A stretch of 64,000 nucleotides of DNA, taken from IMG/VR virus record IMGVR_UViG_3300044682_000021, positions 96-64,095 of that record; one strand, 5' to 3'. The notes beneath the pieces were generated by a model. The model saw only the letters and a program-made list of their open reading frames with translations, did not search any database and was not told the DNA's origin. Positions 38,867 to 47,589 of the stretch are shown here, one piece after another. The first letter of the stretch is position 1, and each line of letters begins with the position of its first letter. Source of the stretch: a virus. Taxonomy: Duplodnaviria > Caudoviricetes. Made by a program: the position numbers and the translations under genes.

Positions 38867-39357
38867 GGGAGATCCTTTAGCTTCCAGTTGCTGCCATCTC
38901 GTTGCAGCATCCCCATGCTATTCATTTTAGTGACCACGTTGTTGGAGCAGTTGGAGCGGTTCATACGCATTGCGGCGGCAAGTTGTGCGGTGCTCATGGT
39001 GCCATGAACCAACAGAGTTTCGATAGCCTGCGCGATGCGGCCGGGGTTACGTTGTTTGATCGCGTCCCAGCGCGGATTACCAGTCGCAGAGATACCAGTC
39101 GCCGAGGTAGCAACACTCGCCGCTATCTCTTCGATGTCGAACTCGCCTGACGCGACGTGCTTGAGCGACCGTCCGAGAAGGTTCAGCAGGACGATTACCG
39201 CATCGCGTTTCACAAGGTCGATGCGCGCCTCCTGCCCCTCGATGCGGCGTTCAAGGTGAGACACGCGGTCGCGCAAGGCGGCGATCACGTCCGACCCCTC
39301 GCCATAGCGCGATTCGTCCCGCATGGAGGTACTAAGCAACGGTTGCGACGACATCAT
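38863..39357 (-). CDS. Coiled-coil plus winged-helix DNA-binding protein
   Basis: HGTMSTAQLAAAMRMNRSN...GMLQRDGSNWKL. Confidence 0.6.
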   Translation of the reverse strand: MMSSQPLLSTSMRDESRYGEGSDVIAALRDRVSHLERRIEGQEARIDLVKRDAVIVLLNLLGRSLKHVASGEFDIEEIAASVATSATGISATGNPRWDAIKQRNPGRIAQAIETLLVHGTMSTAQLAAAMRMNRSNCSNNVVTKMNSMGMLQRDGSNWKLKDLP

Positions 39358-40009
39358 CCACCTCCTTCGCGGATGGAGCAGGCAGCGACGCCCGGAACGT
39401 CCGCTCCATCACACGCTCCATGATGAACGGGGAGCCCAGCCGTTCCAGTGCTCGGATATGGCTCAGGATCAGCTTGATCGCGGCGAGGTTCTGGCGCGCT
39501 TCAATGTAATCGTCGCAAGGGATACAAGAGTCTAGGTCCATCGCCCCCTCACCACGAATCCACGCCATTGCCTGACGCTTCGCCGCTTCGAGTTTCATGT
39601 AAATGCGAACGTCGCCGCCAGAGCCACCCGCCACGCGGTCGGGATGGTGGTCAGCGGCAAGGCGCTTGAACGCAGATTCTATTTCCTGCCGCGTCGGGTT
39701 GGGTTTGTCGATATGGAGCTGGATTTGCCACGAGGTGTCCTGCGACCTCTTGCGCGAGAACCACACTGCTACGCCTGGGTCCATGCGCTCGTCGGAGGGC
39801 AGGTTGCGGGTTATGGTAACGGCGGACGCGCCAAGTAGCTCCAGTTCTGATACCACCGCGTCCTTGTAGATGGAGTATTGTTTCTTCCACGCAGCGCGGT
39901 CCTGTCGGTCGTTAATCAGCGTGCGCCCGTAGCCTTCCGGCCACTTGAGCGGCGTAGTGTCAGCGACCTCGACTGTGCGTGATTTCTTCTCTCCCTTTTT
40001 CATAGTCAT
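39332..40009 (-). CDS. J-domain (DnaJ-like) protein
   Basis: PTRQEIESAFKRLAADHHPDR; PLKWPEG, DPGVAVWF, IPCD and RALERLG motifs of phage J-domain proteins. Confidence 0.8.
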   Translation of the reverse strand: MTMKKGEKKSRTVEVADTTPLKWPEGYGRTLINDRQDRAAWKKQYSIYKDAVVSELELLGASAVTITRNLPSDERMDPGVAVWFSRKRSQDTSWQIQLHIDKPNPTRQEIESAFKRLAADHHPDRVAGGSGGDVRIYMKLEAAKRQAMAWIRGEGAMDLDSCIPCDDYIEARQNLAAIKLILSHIRALERLGSPFIMERVMERTFRASLPAPSAKEVDDVVATVA

Positions 40010-40584
40010 CCTTTCGTATCCGAATCCAAATCGTCCAGCCCCGGCGGTGGTGGCACGGTAGGGCGGAACGCGTTCGCAGGTGGCGTCACCGTCGCCCGGT
40101 CCCGCGCCGCCGCCTCCCGCCGCAACTCCGCGATCCCCGCGACCGGAGCCTGCGACGCGGGCAGGATCGTCATCTTGGGAGCGTTGCTGCTGCCGCGTCG
40201 GTTGCGAGGTCGGTCGTCCACCAGCTCCAGTCCCACTTCCCGCGCCACGCGGCGCACCTTTTGCAGCTTCCGCAGCTTGAGCGCCGTGCCCCGATCGCGA
40301 GCCAGTTGCGCCCGCACTTCGTCGAGGTCGGTGGATTCCGGCCGCCGGGCGCGGGCGCGCTGCGGCGGGCGGTCCCAGTAGGTCGAGTGGCATAGCGGGT
40401 TGGGGCAGCAGCGCGGGACCGTGGGCAGGCGGGGGTCCCAGCGCCAGCCGCAGCGCAGGCATTCGAGCGCGCCCACGGTGCCCACGGGCGGCGGCGGAGG
40501 GTCGAGGGAAGCGTCGAGCGCCGCCCACAAGCGGTCCATCGCGTCGGGGGAGGGTTCCTCGGAATTGTGCGGCTCGGTGGTCAT
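40006..40584 (-). CDS. Zn-ribbon protein
   Basis: CLRCGWRW...PRCCPNPLCHSTYWD. Confidence 0.65.
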   Translation of the reverse strand: MTTEPHNSEEPSPDAMDRLWAALDASLDPPPPPVGTVGALECLRCGWRWDPRLPTVPRCCPNPLCHSTYWDRPPQRARARRPESTDLDEVRAQLARDRGTALKLRKLQKVRRVAREVGLELVDDRPRNRRGSSNAPKMTILPASQAPVAGIAELRREAAARDRATVTPPANAFRPTVPPPPGLDDLDSDTKG

Positions 40585-40853
40585 TGCGTTACTATCGCGT
40601 CCGGTTCCGGCTTCTTCAGCACCAGCATGTTGCCGATGCGCGCCCCGCCGACGTAGGGCACCGGGAGTTGTACTACCAGCGTGATCGTGCCTTGCAGGTC
40701 CATGGGAGCGCCGCCGGGACCGGACAACACTCCCGCAGGTTCCACGTTAGCGACGGTGAATATCAGCGCGGATTCCGGCAGGGTGACCCTCAGCAGGTCA
40801 CCCTTGCGGATGGTGTTGCCAATGGCGTCCACGGGATATTGGCGGTCCGGCAT
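40581..40853 (-). CDS. Hypothetical beta-barrel protein
   Basis: AAGGA RBS; DAIGNTIRKGD. Confidence 0.55.
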   Translation of the reverse strand: MPDRQYPVDAIGNTIRKGDLLRVTLPESALIFTVANVEPAGVLSGPGGAPMDLQGTITLVVQLPVPYVGGARIGNMLVLKKPEPDAIVTQ

Positions 40854-40911
40854 CGTGAGTATCCTTGGTTGAATTGCCGCCAGTTTCGGTCGGCGGCCCA
40901 CCGCGATTAGG

Positions 40912-41487
40912 CTACGAAAGTTGGTTGATGGCGAACGCGGTCGGCGTCGGCGGTGACGTCACCACTGGCGCGTTCAGCGGTACGGACGCGGTTGCGGTCA
41001 GCGTGGCCCCGCCCGGCATGGTGGCGACACAGGTCAGCGTGAACAACGGCGACGTATCGCTGGTAGTCGTTGCAACCGCCACCTGCGTGGTGTCCGTGCT
41101 AGGCGTCAGGGTCGTAAGCGGGTCCGAGGTCGTCCATGCGAAAGTGGTGCCAGTGGGGAATGACGCCCCCGCCGGCGCGGTGACAAGCGTGTTAAACGTG
41201 CCCACGTTGCCAAGGGTGATGCCAAGGATCTGAGGTGTTACAGGTCCGGTGCTCATGGTTAAGTCTCCTGGGGATACGATTTGGTTGATTGCAAAGGCGG
41301 TGGGCGATGGGGGGAGAGGGGAGGGCTCCAACAATTCCAGCAGCCGTTCCAGCAGGCAGAGTTGTCGCTCCCCCTGCCGCAACAGCCGCTCCAGTGTGTG
41401 CTCTAAGTGCATAGTAATCACCACGATAGCGACGACTGCCACTACGATCAGCAGTGCGATGACCATGACGCATGGTAGCACACTCAC
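40912..41487 (-). CDS. Ig-like domain protein; internal in-frame start at 41256
   Basis: FAWTTSDP Ig-like core; AGGAG RBS before MSTGPV; hydrophobic N-terminal extension. Confidence 0.55.
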   Translation of the reverse strand: MSVLPCVMVIALLIVVAVVAIVVITMHLEHTLERLLRQGERQLCLLERLLELLEPSPLPPSPTAFAINQIVSPGDLTMSTGPVTPQILGITLGNVGTFNTLVTAPAGASFPTGTTFAWTTSDPLTTLTPSTDTTQVAVATTTSDTSPLFTLTCVATMPGGATLTATASVPLNAPVVTSPPTPTAFAINQLS

Positions 41488-41500
41488 CGTGGCTTGTCAA
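41472..41500 (-). promoter_or_regulatory. Sigma70-like leftward promoter
   Basis: TTGACA-17 nt-TACCAT on the minus strand at the head of the leftward arm. Confidence 0.5.
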
Positions 41501-41809
41501 GGCCCAACCGTGGCGACGGGGGCGACAGTGGGGGCGGACCCAACGGCGGACTCGGCGGCGGGCGGAGTATGAAAAATAATATAAAAATTGTGGTGAGGAA
41601 GGTGGGAGGGCTACCGGACACGTCAACGTCGTGGCGGGCTCGCCCTCCCCGGACAACTCGCGCCGCCGCCACCTGGCGCCAGCCGGCCGCCATCCGCCGG
41701 CACCAGTCGCGGGATCGCCCTGGGTGGCGTCGCGGTGGCGGGTGGCGGCGTGCTCGTGGCGGGAGCTGCTGGCGCATAGGACGCAGGACGCGGGTGGGCG
41801 GAGGGGAAC

Positions 41810-41900
41810 GCGGGACTGAGGGGACTAGGGGGACTGGCCGTCGCAGGTGCGTGAAAAGACGCAGTAGGTGCGCGAAATGACGCTGTGTGAAATGACGCAC
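41810..41900. repeat. Short direct repeats in the divergent intergenic region
   Basis: GGGACT x3, then G(T/C)GAAA(A/T)GACGC x3 at 41851, 41872 and 41887. Confidence 0.65.
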
Positions 41901-42030
41901 CCCTCCCCCACTCCCTTACCCTCCATTATCGCTTCCATACCCGTCTATTTTCCCTCGCCACGCATACCATCCACGCTAGTGTCCGATAATAGTGTGGGCT
42001 ATGTCGCTGATAACGTGGTCAATATAATCC

Positions 42031-42070
42031 TTGACACGTCACCGCGTATTGCGGTACGATTCACCGCGTA
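42031..42070 (+). promoter_or_regulatory. Rightward early promoter with direct-repeat operator
   Basis: TTGACA-18 nt-TACGAT; TCACCGCGTA at 42039 and 42061. Confidence 0.55.
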
Positions 42071-42099
42071 GTGACAATCCACCATGCGAGGCCACAACG

Positions 42100-42351
42100 A
42101 TGCTGCGATTCCAACCGATGTCCGAAGCCAAGGTTAGTGTGCTAATTCCTCCAATGCCACGCAAGCGGTTCGCCAAGTGCAACCAGTGCCAAGCGGCCTA
42201 TTATAACGGAGTGTTCTGCCATGAGGCAGGATGCCCGAATCAGGGAGCAAGGTGGGACGCTGGGAGCATGGAGTGGGTGAAGCAACGCGAGTGCTTTGAG
42301 TGTGGATGCACGGTAGACGCCGATGATCCATGCTGCAACGCGACGGAGTAG
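42100..42351 (+). CDS. Small Cys-rich Zn-binding protein
   Basis: CNQC..NGVFCHEAGCPN..CFECGC. Confidence 0.6.
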   Translation: MLRFQPMSEAKVSVLIPPMPRKRFAKCNQCQAAYYNGVFCHEAGCPNQGARWDAGSMEWVKQRECFECGCTVDADDPCCNATE

Positions 42352-42424
42352 GCGAAGTACCAGCGTACCGCCTCTGCGTGCCAGGGGCGGTGCGAAGTTA
42401 CTTCACTCTGCGAGGCCACTTACA

Positions 42425-42787
42425 ATGACACACTCTAGCAATAAGCAGTTTCAGCAGGATGCACAGTATTGGGTCGAAATTCGCCATCAGGATCATTGTG
42501 GTTATTGTAAGGATGGCGTTCGCCACGATTGCGCGACTGCGCCGAAAGAGATCAAACGTCGTACGCGCGTCGCACAGTTCATCTACTTCATGGAAGCAAT
42601 AGACTACGCACAAGCGCTGCAAAAGTCTGGCGTGCAATCGTGGCTGCGAAAACCACGGTTCACTCAGAACGGTATTGAATCTGATTACAGCCATTACGAT
42701 CTGAAGCCACTACTCCAGACTCCGATAGTCTTGGATGGCAGCGTAGGGCAGCCAGTTTCGGCAGTCCCATCGACCTCGCAACTGTAG
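42425..42787 (+). CDS. Hypothetical protein
   Basis: GAGG RBS; HCGYC..HDC. Confidence 0.5.
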   Translation: MTHSSNKQFQQDAQYWVEIRHQDHCGYCKDGVRHDCATAPKEIKRRTRVAQFIYFMEAIDYAQALQKSGVQSWLRKPRFTQNGIESDYSHYDLKPLLQTPIVLDGSVGQPVSAVPSTSQL

Positions 42788-42878
42788 AGCTGCCGAAACG
42801 TGCGTCCGTGGCGACATTGGCGCACGTTTGAGCAACTAGCAGGTGGTTGCTGACTTACTAGATGGAATGGAGGATGAG

Positions 42879-43076
42879 ATGACGACAATGAGCGAGGTCA
42901 GAGCTGCACAGCCGAATTGGTTTTCCCGCGAGAATCGCCGCTTCTTTAACGATGTCTCCTATAAACTCTTGCACGGCAAAGTCAGCCGCAAGCCTTATCT
43001 GGTACGTGCAACTTACCAGTGGTCGGATATGTTCGGCCAACCTAAAACACTGCGGTACGTTACGCTCTGGCAGTAG
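42879..43076 (+). CDS. Hypothetical protein, possibly truncated
   Basis: GGAGG RBS; NWFSRENRRFF motif. Confidence 0.5.
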   Translation: MTTMSEVRAAQPNWFSRENRRFFNDVSYKLLHGKVSRKPYLVRATYQWSDMFGQPKTLRYVTLWQ

Positions 43077-43117
43077 ATCTCTAGTACGATGAGTTCACAA
43101 CCATTGATGGGGCGTAT

Positions 43118-44473
43118 ATGACACCTAAAGACTTGGAAGCACTCCGAAAACTTCTCGACATGGCGAAGACCTACAAAACGGCGAATTGCCTAACTGTCAT
43201 TGATGCAGAGCGAGTAATTCTACAACTTCTAGAGCAGCCGAACACCGTTGAAGTTAGCGGGATATGGCTTCGATTCATTGACGACAAGGCACAAGTTTTG
43301 GCAGAGGTTGGGGGCCATTGGCGTTTACTGATGGAAGAATCCTTCATTCTTGGCGAAGGCAATCCGAACTTTTCCCACATCTATGAACCTTCTGGCATTC
43401 GCTCAGCACCCGTAGACCCCCTAATGAAAATGAGCTATGCCGGAACAAGGGGACGACCGGAAGCGAATAACGCTGTGGCAATGGAAAAGGAGCAGAGAAT
43501 GAAAATTACACTCGAACTCTTGCGCAGCAAAGGTGCTTGCTCAGCTGGAATGACTTGGGTTGAAGAGAATCTTCCCAATGGCGCTGAGTATCAAGTTTTT
43601 CTTGATGCGCTGGCGGCTGCTGACAAGCCTGACTGGGCTTCTTGGCTTCTCGCAAACTTCGGCAGAACAACAGATATAAAGACGGTGACTGCTGTCACTG
43701 CCGGCACAAAACACATATTCGCTGCTGGGCGCTTAGTTTTTGAGTGTTCAGTAAGTGTACTCGGGGTTATCGAAGCTGGCGAGGGTATCAAAGCTGGCGA
43801 GGGTATCGAAGCTGGCGGGGGTATCAAAGCTGGCGAGGGTATCGAAGCTGGCTGGGGTATCAGAGCTGGCGTTCGTATCGAAGCTGGCGAGGGTATCAAA
43901 GCTGGCGAGGGTATCAAAGCTGGCGAGGGTATCAAAGCTGGCAGGGGTATCGAAGCTGGCAGGGGTATCGAAGCTGGCGGGGGTATCAAAGCTGGCTGGG
44001 GTATCAGAGCTGGCGGGGGTATCAGAGCTGGCGGGGGTATCAAAGCTGGCTGGGGTATCGAAGCTGGCGAGGGTATCAAAGCTGGCGGGGGTATCAAAGC
44101 TGGCGAGGGTATCAAAGCTGGCGAGGGTATCGAAGCTGGCTGGGGTATCAGAGCTGGCGGGGTTATCGAAGCTGGCGTTCGTATCGAAGCTGGCGAGGGT
44201 ATCGAAGCTGGCGAGGGTATCGAAGCTGGCGAGGGTATCAAAGCTGGCAGGGGTATCGAAGCTGGCAGGGGTATCGAAGCTGGCAGGGGTATCAAAGCTG
44301 GCGAGGGTATCAAAGCTGGCTTTCAGATCACGTGCAAACTTGACATCACTGTGAGACTAAGGATCTTCGCTGGTGTCTGTGACTGGAGATTGCCCTCTGC
44401 TGAAGAAACAACAATCACCTGCCGCGCCGTAAAGTCCGGAACTGTTGCTTTCGGATTAGTGGTGAAAGCGTAA
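43118..44473 (+). CDS. Hexapeptide-repeat (GI[EKR]AGx) beta-solenoid protein; probable internal start at 43499
   Basis: 31 repeats; AAGGAG RBS before MKITLELLRSKGAC. Confidence 0.75.
   Translation: MTPKDLEALRKLLDMAKTYKTANCLTVIDAERVILQLLEQPNTVEVSGIWLRFIDDKAQVLAEVGGHWRLLMEESFILGEGNPNFSHIYEPSGIRSAPVDPLMKMSYAGTRGRPEANNAVAMEKEQRMKITLELLRSKGACSAGMTWVEENLPNGAEYQVFLDALAAADKPDWASWLLANFGRTTDIKTVTAVTAGTKHIFAAGRLVFECSVSVLGVIEAGEGIKAGEGIEAGGGIKAGEGIEAGWGIRAGVRIEAGEGIKAGEGIKAGEGIKAGRGIEAGRGIEAGGGIKAGWGIRAGGGIRAGGGIKAGWGIEAGEGIKAGGGIKAGEGIKAGEGIEAGWGIRAGGVIEAGVRIEAGEGIEAGEGIEAGEGIKAGRGIEAGRGIEAGRGIKAGEGIKAGFQITCKLDITVRLRIFAGVCDWRLPSAEETTITCRAVKSGTVAFGLVVKA
43769..44320 (+). repeat. 18-bp coding tandem repeat, 31 units
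   Basis: ATC(GAA/AAA/AGA)GCTGGC(GAG/GGG/TGG/AGG/GTT)GGT. Confidence 0.97.
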
Positions 44474-44478
44474 ACTTC

Positions 44479-44519
44479 CCGCGCAGTCTCTTATGCAGAC
44501 TGCGCGGACTCTTTTTCTT
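44479..44519 (+). terminator. Intrinsic terminator
   Basis: CCGCGCAGTCT/AGACTGCGCGG 11-bp stem followed by a T-rich tract. Confidence 0.75.
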
Positions 44520-44584
44520 AAAGGAGAAATTGCTCAACGACTGAACCAACGGAGAAAGAGCTGGACAACTTCGAGCAGGAACTG

Positions 44585-44938
44585 ATGATGGAAGAGCAAG
44601 ACGAGCTGGCGATCGCGCTGCTCATTGACTCAGTGCCACCATCAGGGAAGTGCGAACACGGAGTCTACATCTCCCAACGTGCGGAAGTAAAAGAGCACCG
44701 TCAGCATTATGATAGGCTACGCCGTCTCGGGATTACACCCGAACAATTCGCGGCGAAACTGGAGTCGCAGGACGGTGTTTGCGGGCTGTGTGGTTTGCCG
44801 TTTCTACCAAACGAACCTACACCGCGTGCGGACCATGACCATGTCACGGGTGAGTTTCGAGGCGTGTTGCATCGGCATTGTAATCTTGGTTTGGGCACGT
44901 TCAACGACAATCCGATTCCGAATCCGAAGGAGAACTAA
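44585..44938 (+). CDS. Endonuclease VII-like protein, apparently chimeric or truncated
   Basis: GITPEQF..QDGVCGLC..DHDHVTGEFRGVLHRHCNLGLG.F.DN. Confidence 0.75.
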   Translation: MMEEQDELAIALLIDSVPPSGKCEHGVYISQRAEVKEHRQHYDRLRRLGITPEQFAAKLESQDGVCGLCGLPFLPNEPTPRADHDHVTGEFRGVLHRHCNLGLGTFNDNPIPNPKEN

Positions 44939-44942
44939 TTTT

Positions 44943-45215
44943 ATGTGGAAACCCATGTTGGCACCGAACGAGATTCCGACCGATGAATTTCTCTCGACCC
45001 GGCTCACGGAGGGAACGCCAATAACCCAGGCCTTCGCAACGCCCGCCGAACTTGTGGAGCACCTCGCGACCAAAGGCACGGATTGGGACCACGGAAAGCC
45101 GTGGGATCGCCACTCAGCCGAGCAGTTCGTCAAGGCGGGGTGGGCCATGTCAGCCGTCTACACGCCGGAGAAGGGATTCAAGACTGTCGAGGAAGCCGGA
45201 TTCTACGACAAATAG
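44943..45215 (+). CDS. Hypothetical protein, possibly chimeric
   Basis: AAGGAG RBS; TEGTPI..F.TP.EL motif. Confidence 0.5.
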   Translation: MWKPMLAPNEIPTDEFLSTRLTEGTPITQAFATPAELVEHLATKGTDWDHGKPWDRHSAEQFVKAGWAMSAVYTPEKGFKTVEEAGFYDK

Positions 45216-45263
45216 TTGGCGTAGCTGATTACGTGCGCCGCACACGAAACGAGGAGGAGGAAT

Positions 45264-45464
45264 ATGAAACTTTTAGGCAGGGTTTGGAACAGGCTTCCAC
45301 AGCACGAGAGGTTAACGCTGTTGCGGCACTGTAAAACCGTGATGACGGAGTCTATCAAGCAGCACGAGAGCACTCTTGATTGGAATCAACTTTGGCCGAT
45401 GCGTCAAGACGAGCTTTGCGACGTGGATGCTGAGAGCATTCTAAAGCGCGAACTGGCACCGTAG
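45264..45464 (+). CDS. Hypothetical protein
   Basis: GAGGAGG RBS. Confidence 0.55.
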   Translation: MKLLGRVWNRLPQHERLTLLRHCKTVMTESIKQHESTLDWNQLWPMRQDELCDVDAESILKRELAP

Positions 45465-45498
45465 GGCTGCGCCGCACACGAAAGGGGAAAGGGACACA

Positions 45499-45798
45499 AT
45501 GACCAACGACCTGATACTAAAACATCCGCTGATCGACAGAGGCGATGACACGAAAGTGGAGCACACGCCGACGCCTTGGGAAGCTTTCGATTACGGATAC
45601 CACATGCGCCCGTACTCTCAGACCAGTTGGGTATCACGCACCGGAGATAACGATAGAAAGCTTGTCTGTGGATGCTGGGAGGCCGCGCTGCCGCTAATGA
45701 AGAAGCAGGCCGCATGGGATTGGGAGCCGATTATCAAACAGACTGAGGCGGCCATTGCGAAGGCCCGCGGCGGTGCCGGCAGTGGCGGTGCGCGATGA
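45499..45798 (+). CDS. Hypothetical protein
   Basis: HTPTPW...AAIAKARG pattern common in small phage early proteins. Confidence 0.55.
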   Translation: MTNDLILKHPLIDRGDDTKVEHTPTPWEAFDYGYHMRPYSQTSWVSRTGDNDRKLVCGCWEAALPLMKKQAAWDWEPIIKQTEAAIAKARGGAGSGGAR

Positions 45799-45950
45799 CC
45801 ATGCAATGGACCGACCACGCTGCGCGGCAGCTGGAGGACCGCGCGACGGGATGGCGCGACTGGTTGAACTGGCTGCTGGCCCTGTGCGTGGGGATGGCGC
45901 TGTGGGGGCTGGGGGGAGTGGCGGCGATTGAGCTTGGATGGTGGCGCTGA
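45795..45950 (+). CDS. Small membrane protein (51 aa)
   Basis: Manual: MTMQWTDH...WLNWLLALCVGMALWGLGGVAAIELGWWR; ATGA overlap. Confidence 0.5.
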   Translation: MTMQWTDHAARQLEDRATGWRDWLNWLLALCVGMALWGLGGVAAIELGWWR

Positions 45951-46018
45951 CGGCGAGGCCTTCCCGCGGCGCACCTGCAACCTGTGAAAATGTGTGCTCG
46001 GGTGGCACGCCGGAGGCG

Positions 46019-47341
46019 TCAGGAGGGCGGCGAGGACGCTTGTGCCACGATAGCCGCGTGGCAACACTGCGGCGCGTGTAGCGGTTTCACCCTATTGGTC
46101 GCTATAGGGCCAAACCACACTCGGGGAAATATACGCTGGATTTCGGACACAGGTGCAGGTGCGGCCATACTCATCCTTAGCGGAGTGTGATGGTTGCTGC
46201 ATTCGCCATGTCCATCGTCTTCGTCGTCAACCAGTCCGTCCTCCCACAAGCCTTCCGCTGCGTCCTCCAAAGCTTTGCCGCGGAGCGATCCGCTGGTGAT
46301 GCCAAGTTGCTGGCCAAACAACGGCTCCGCGTATTTCAGGCGCGCCCTCGCGGAGTACGTAAGAATTGGTGCTAATCCGCTGAACAATGACGCCAAGGAC
46401 TTAGCCGCCGAGCCTTGGTCATATTGCTGGCTGGTAACCTGAGTCTGGGGCTGGCAGGCGATAGCGTTGGCGTGTAATGCCTCGTGCAGCACGAGTATCG
46501 ACCAGTCTGAGTTACCGGATAGCACGATGCCTCGTGCCTTGAGCAAAACTTGCGCGATCCGTTTCCAGTTGCGAACGCAAATCGCTTCCCACATGCTGCG
46601 GATCTTGTGTAGTGTACGCGGCATGTCTATCCATAGAACATGAAAGCTAAGGCTGCGTGCGCCAGGATCAAGCACTGGAAAGAACTTGGCCCCGTAGGGG
46701 GCCTCCGCTTGACGATCCAGCGCAGCTTTGAGCTTGCGGTATAGGAATTTGGAGAGTTTGAACCGCGCGTCGAGGTCCATCTCTGGAAATGGCCCTCCAC
46801 AAGGCGTACCAATTTCCAACGAGAACTTCTGTACCTGATGCCGAGATGCGTTTGCCAGCGCATAGAGTTCGATATTCTCTCGCTTGAGTTGCCGAGTTAG
46901 AGACTCGCCCGTGCCGCAGTTACGGCACAGAAGTTTCTGCCCACAGAATACATAATAGACACGAGCCTCGTCGCCGTGCTCACACTCGGCGCGGCGGGCG
47001 AGCCGGCGGCAGGCGACGTAGGCGTTGGCCTTGGAGCGAAACGAATTGGATTCGTCGGCGGGGTTGTCTCTAGCCAGCAGAGCGAAGGACATTGCATCCT
47101 GGTCCGCGTCCAAGGGGATATCGAGATCCTGGCGCACAGTCCAGCGGGCCGTGGATGGATCGAAGATGAGCCCGCCAAGGGGCTGCATGTCGGATAGGGT
47201 TGGAGGAGTGTGGAGCGATGGATGGTCGGGCGATACGGCGAGCGGAGACGTGGTACACATAGGGGATTCTCTCTTCTGGGTAAAGAGTTTGAAAGGGCCG
47301 TGTTCCCAGCACGGCCCCCTGGTGAAGTCTGAGCGGTTCAT
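46019..47341 (-). CDS. Degenerate HUH Rep / IS91-like Zn-binding protein (start may be 47260)
   Basis: C..C..FCGQKLLCRNC Zn motif, SFHVLW in place of HxH, ITSGSLRG, and a terminal C..H. Confidence 0.45.
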   Translation of the reverse strand: MNRSDFTRGPCWEHGPFKLFTQKRESPMCTTSPLAVSPDHPSLHTPPTLSDMQPLGGLIFDPSTARWTVRQDLDIPLDADQDAMSFALLARDNPADESNSFRSKANAYVACRRLARRAECEHGDEARVYYVFCGQKLLCRNCGTGESLTRQLKRENIELYALANASRHQVQKFSLEIGTPCGGPFPEMDLDARFKLSKFLYRKLKAALDRQAEAPYGAKFFPVLDPGARSLSFHVLWIDMPRTLHKIRSMWEAICVRNWKRIAQVLLKARGIVLSGNSDWSILVLHEALHANAIACQPQTQVTSQQYDQGSAAKSLASLFSGLAPILTYSARARLKYAEPLFGQQLGITSGSLRGKALEDAAEGLWEDGLVDDEDDGHGECSNHHTPLRMSMAAPAPVSEIQRIFPRVWFGPIATNRVKPLHAPQCCHAAIVAQASSPPS

Positions 47342-47560
47342 CCCTGTTCCGCTCCGGCGACCTCAGGCAAACTGTGACATATCTACACCCTTCGTGTCAA
47401 TCCCGTCAACTACTTTTAATACTCGGCGATGGTAACCGCAGTACTTGCGCCCAAAATGTGGCCTAACGCGGCATCCACGGAAAGCACAAGAGGGCCTAGA
47501 TACTTTGGGGAATTATATACATGAGTCGCTAACCCTTTCAGAACAAAGCGACTAAAGTCC

Positions 47561-47589
47561 TTGACAAAATGCAGCGAGTTATCTACTAT
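47561..47589 (+). promoter_or_regulatory. Sigma70-like promoter inside the IS end
   Basis: TTGACA-17 nt-TACTAT. Confidence 0.55.

Noticed and set aside
43769-44320. CRISPR array or DGR variable region
   Set aside because: Units are contiguous 18-mers in a coding frame with no unique spacers; no reverse transcriptase or template repeat was seen in the genome.
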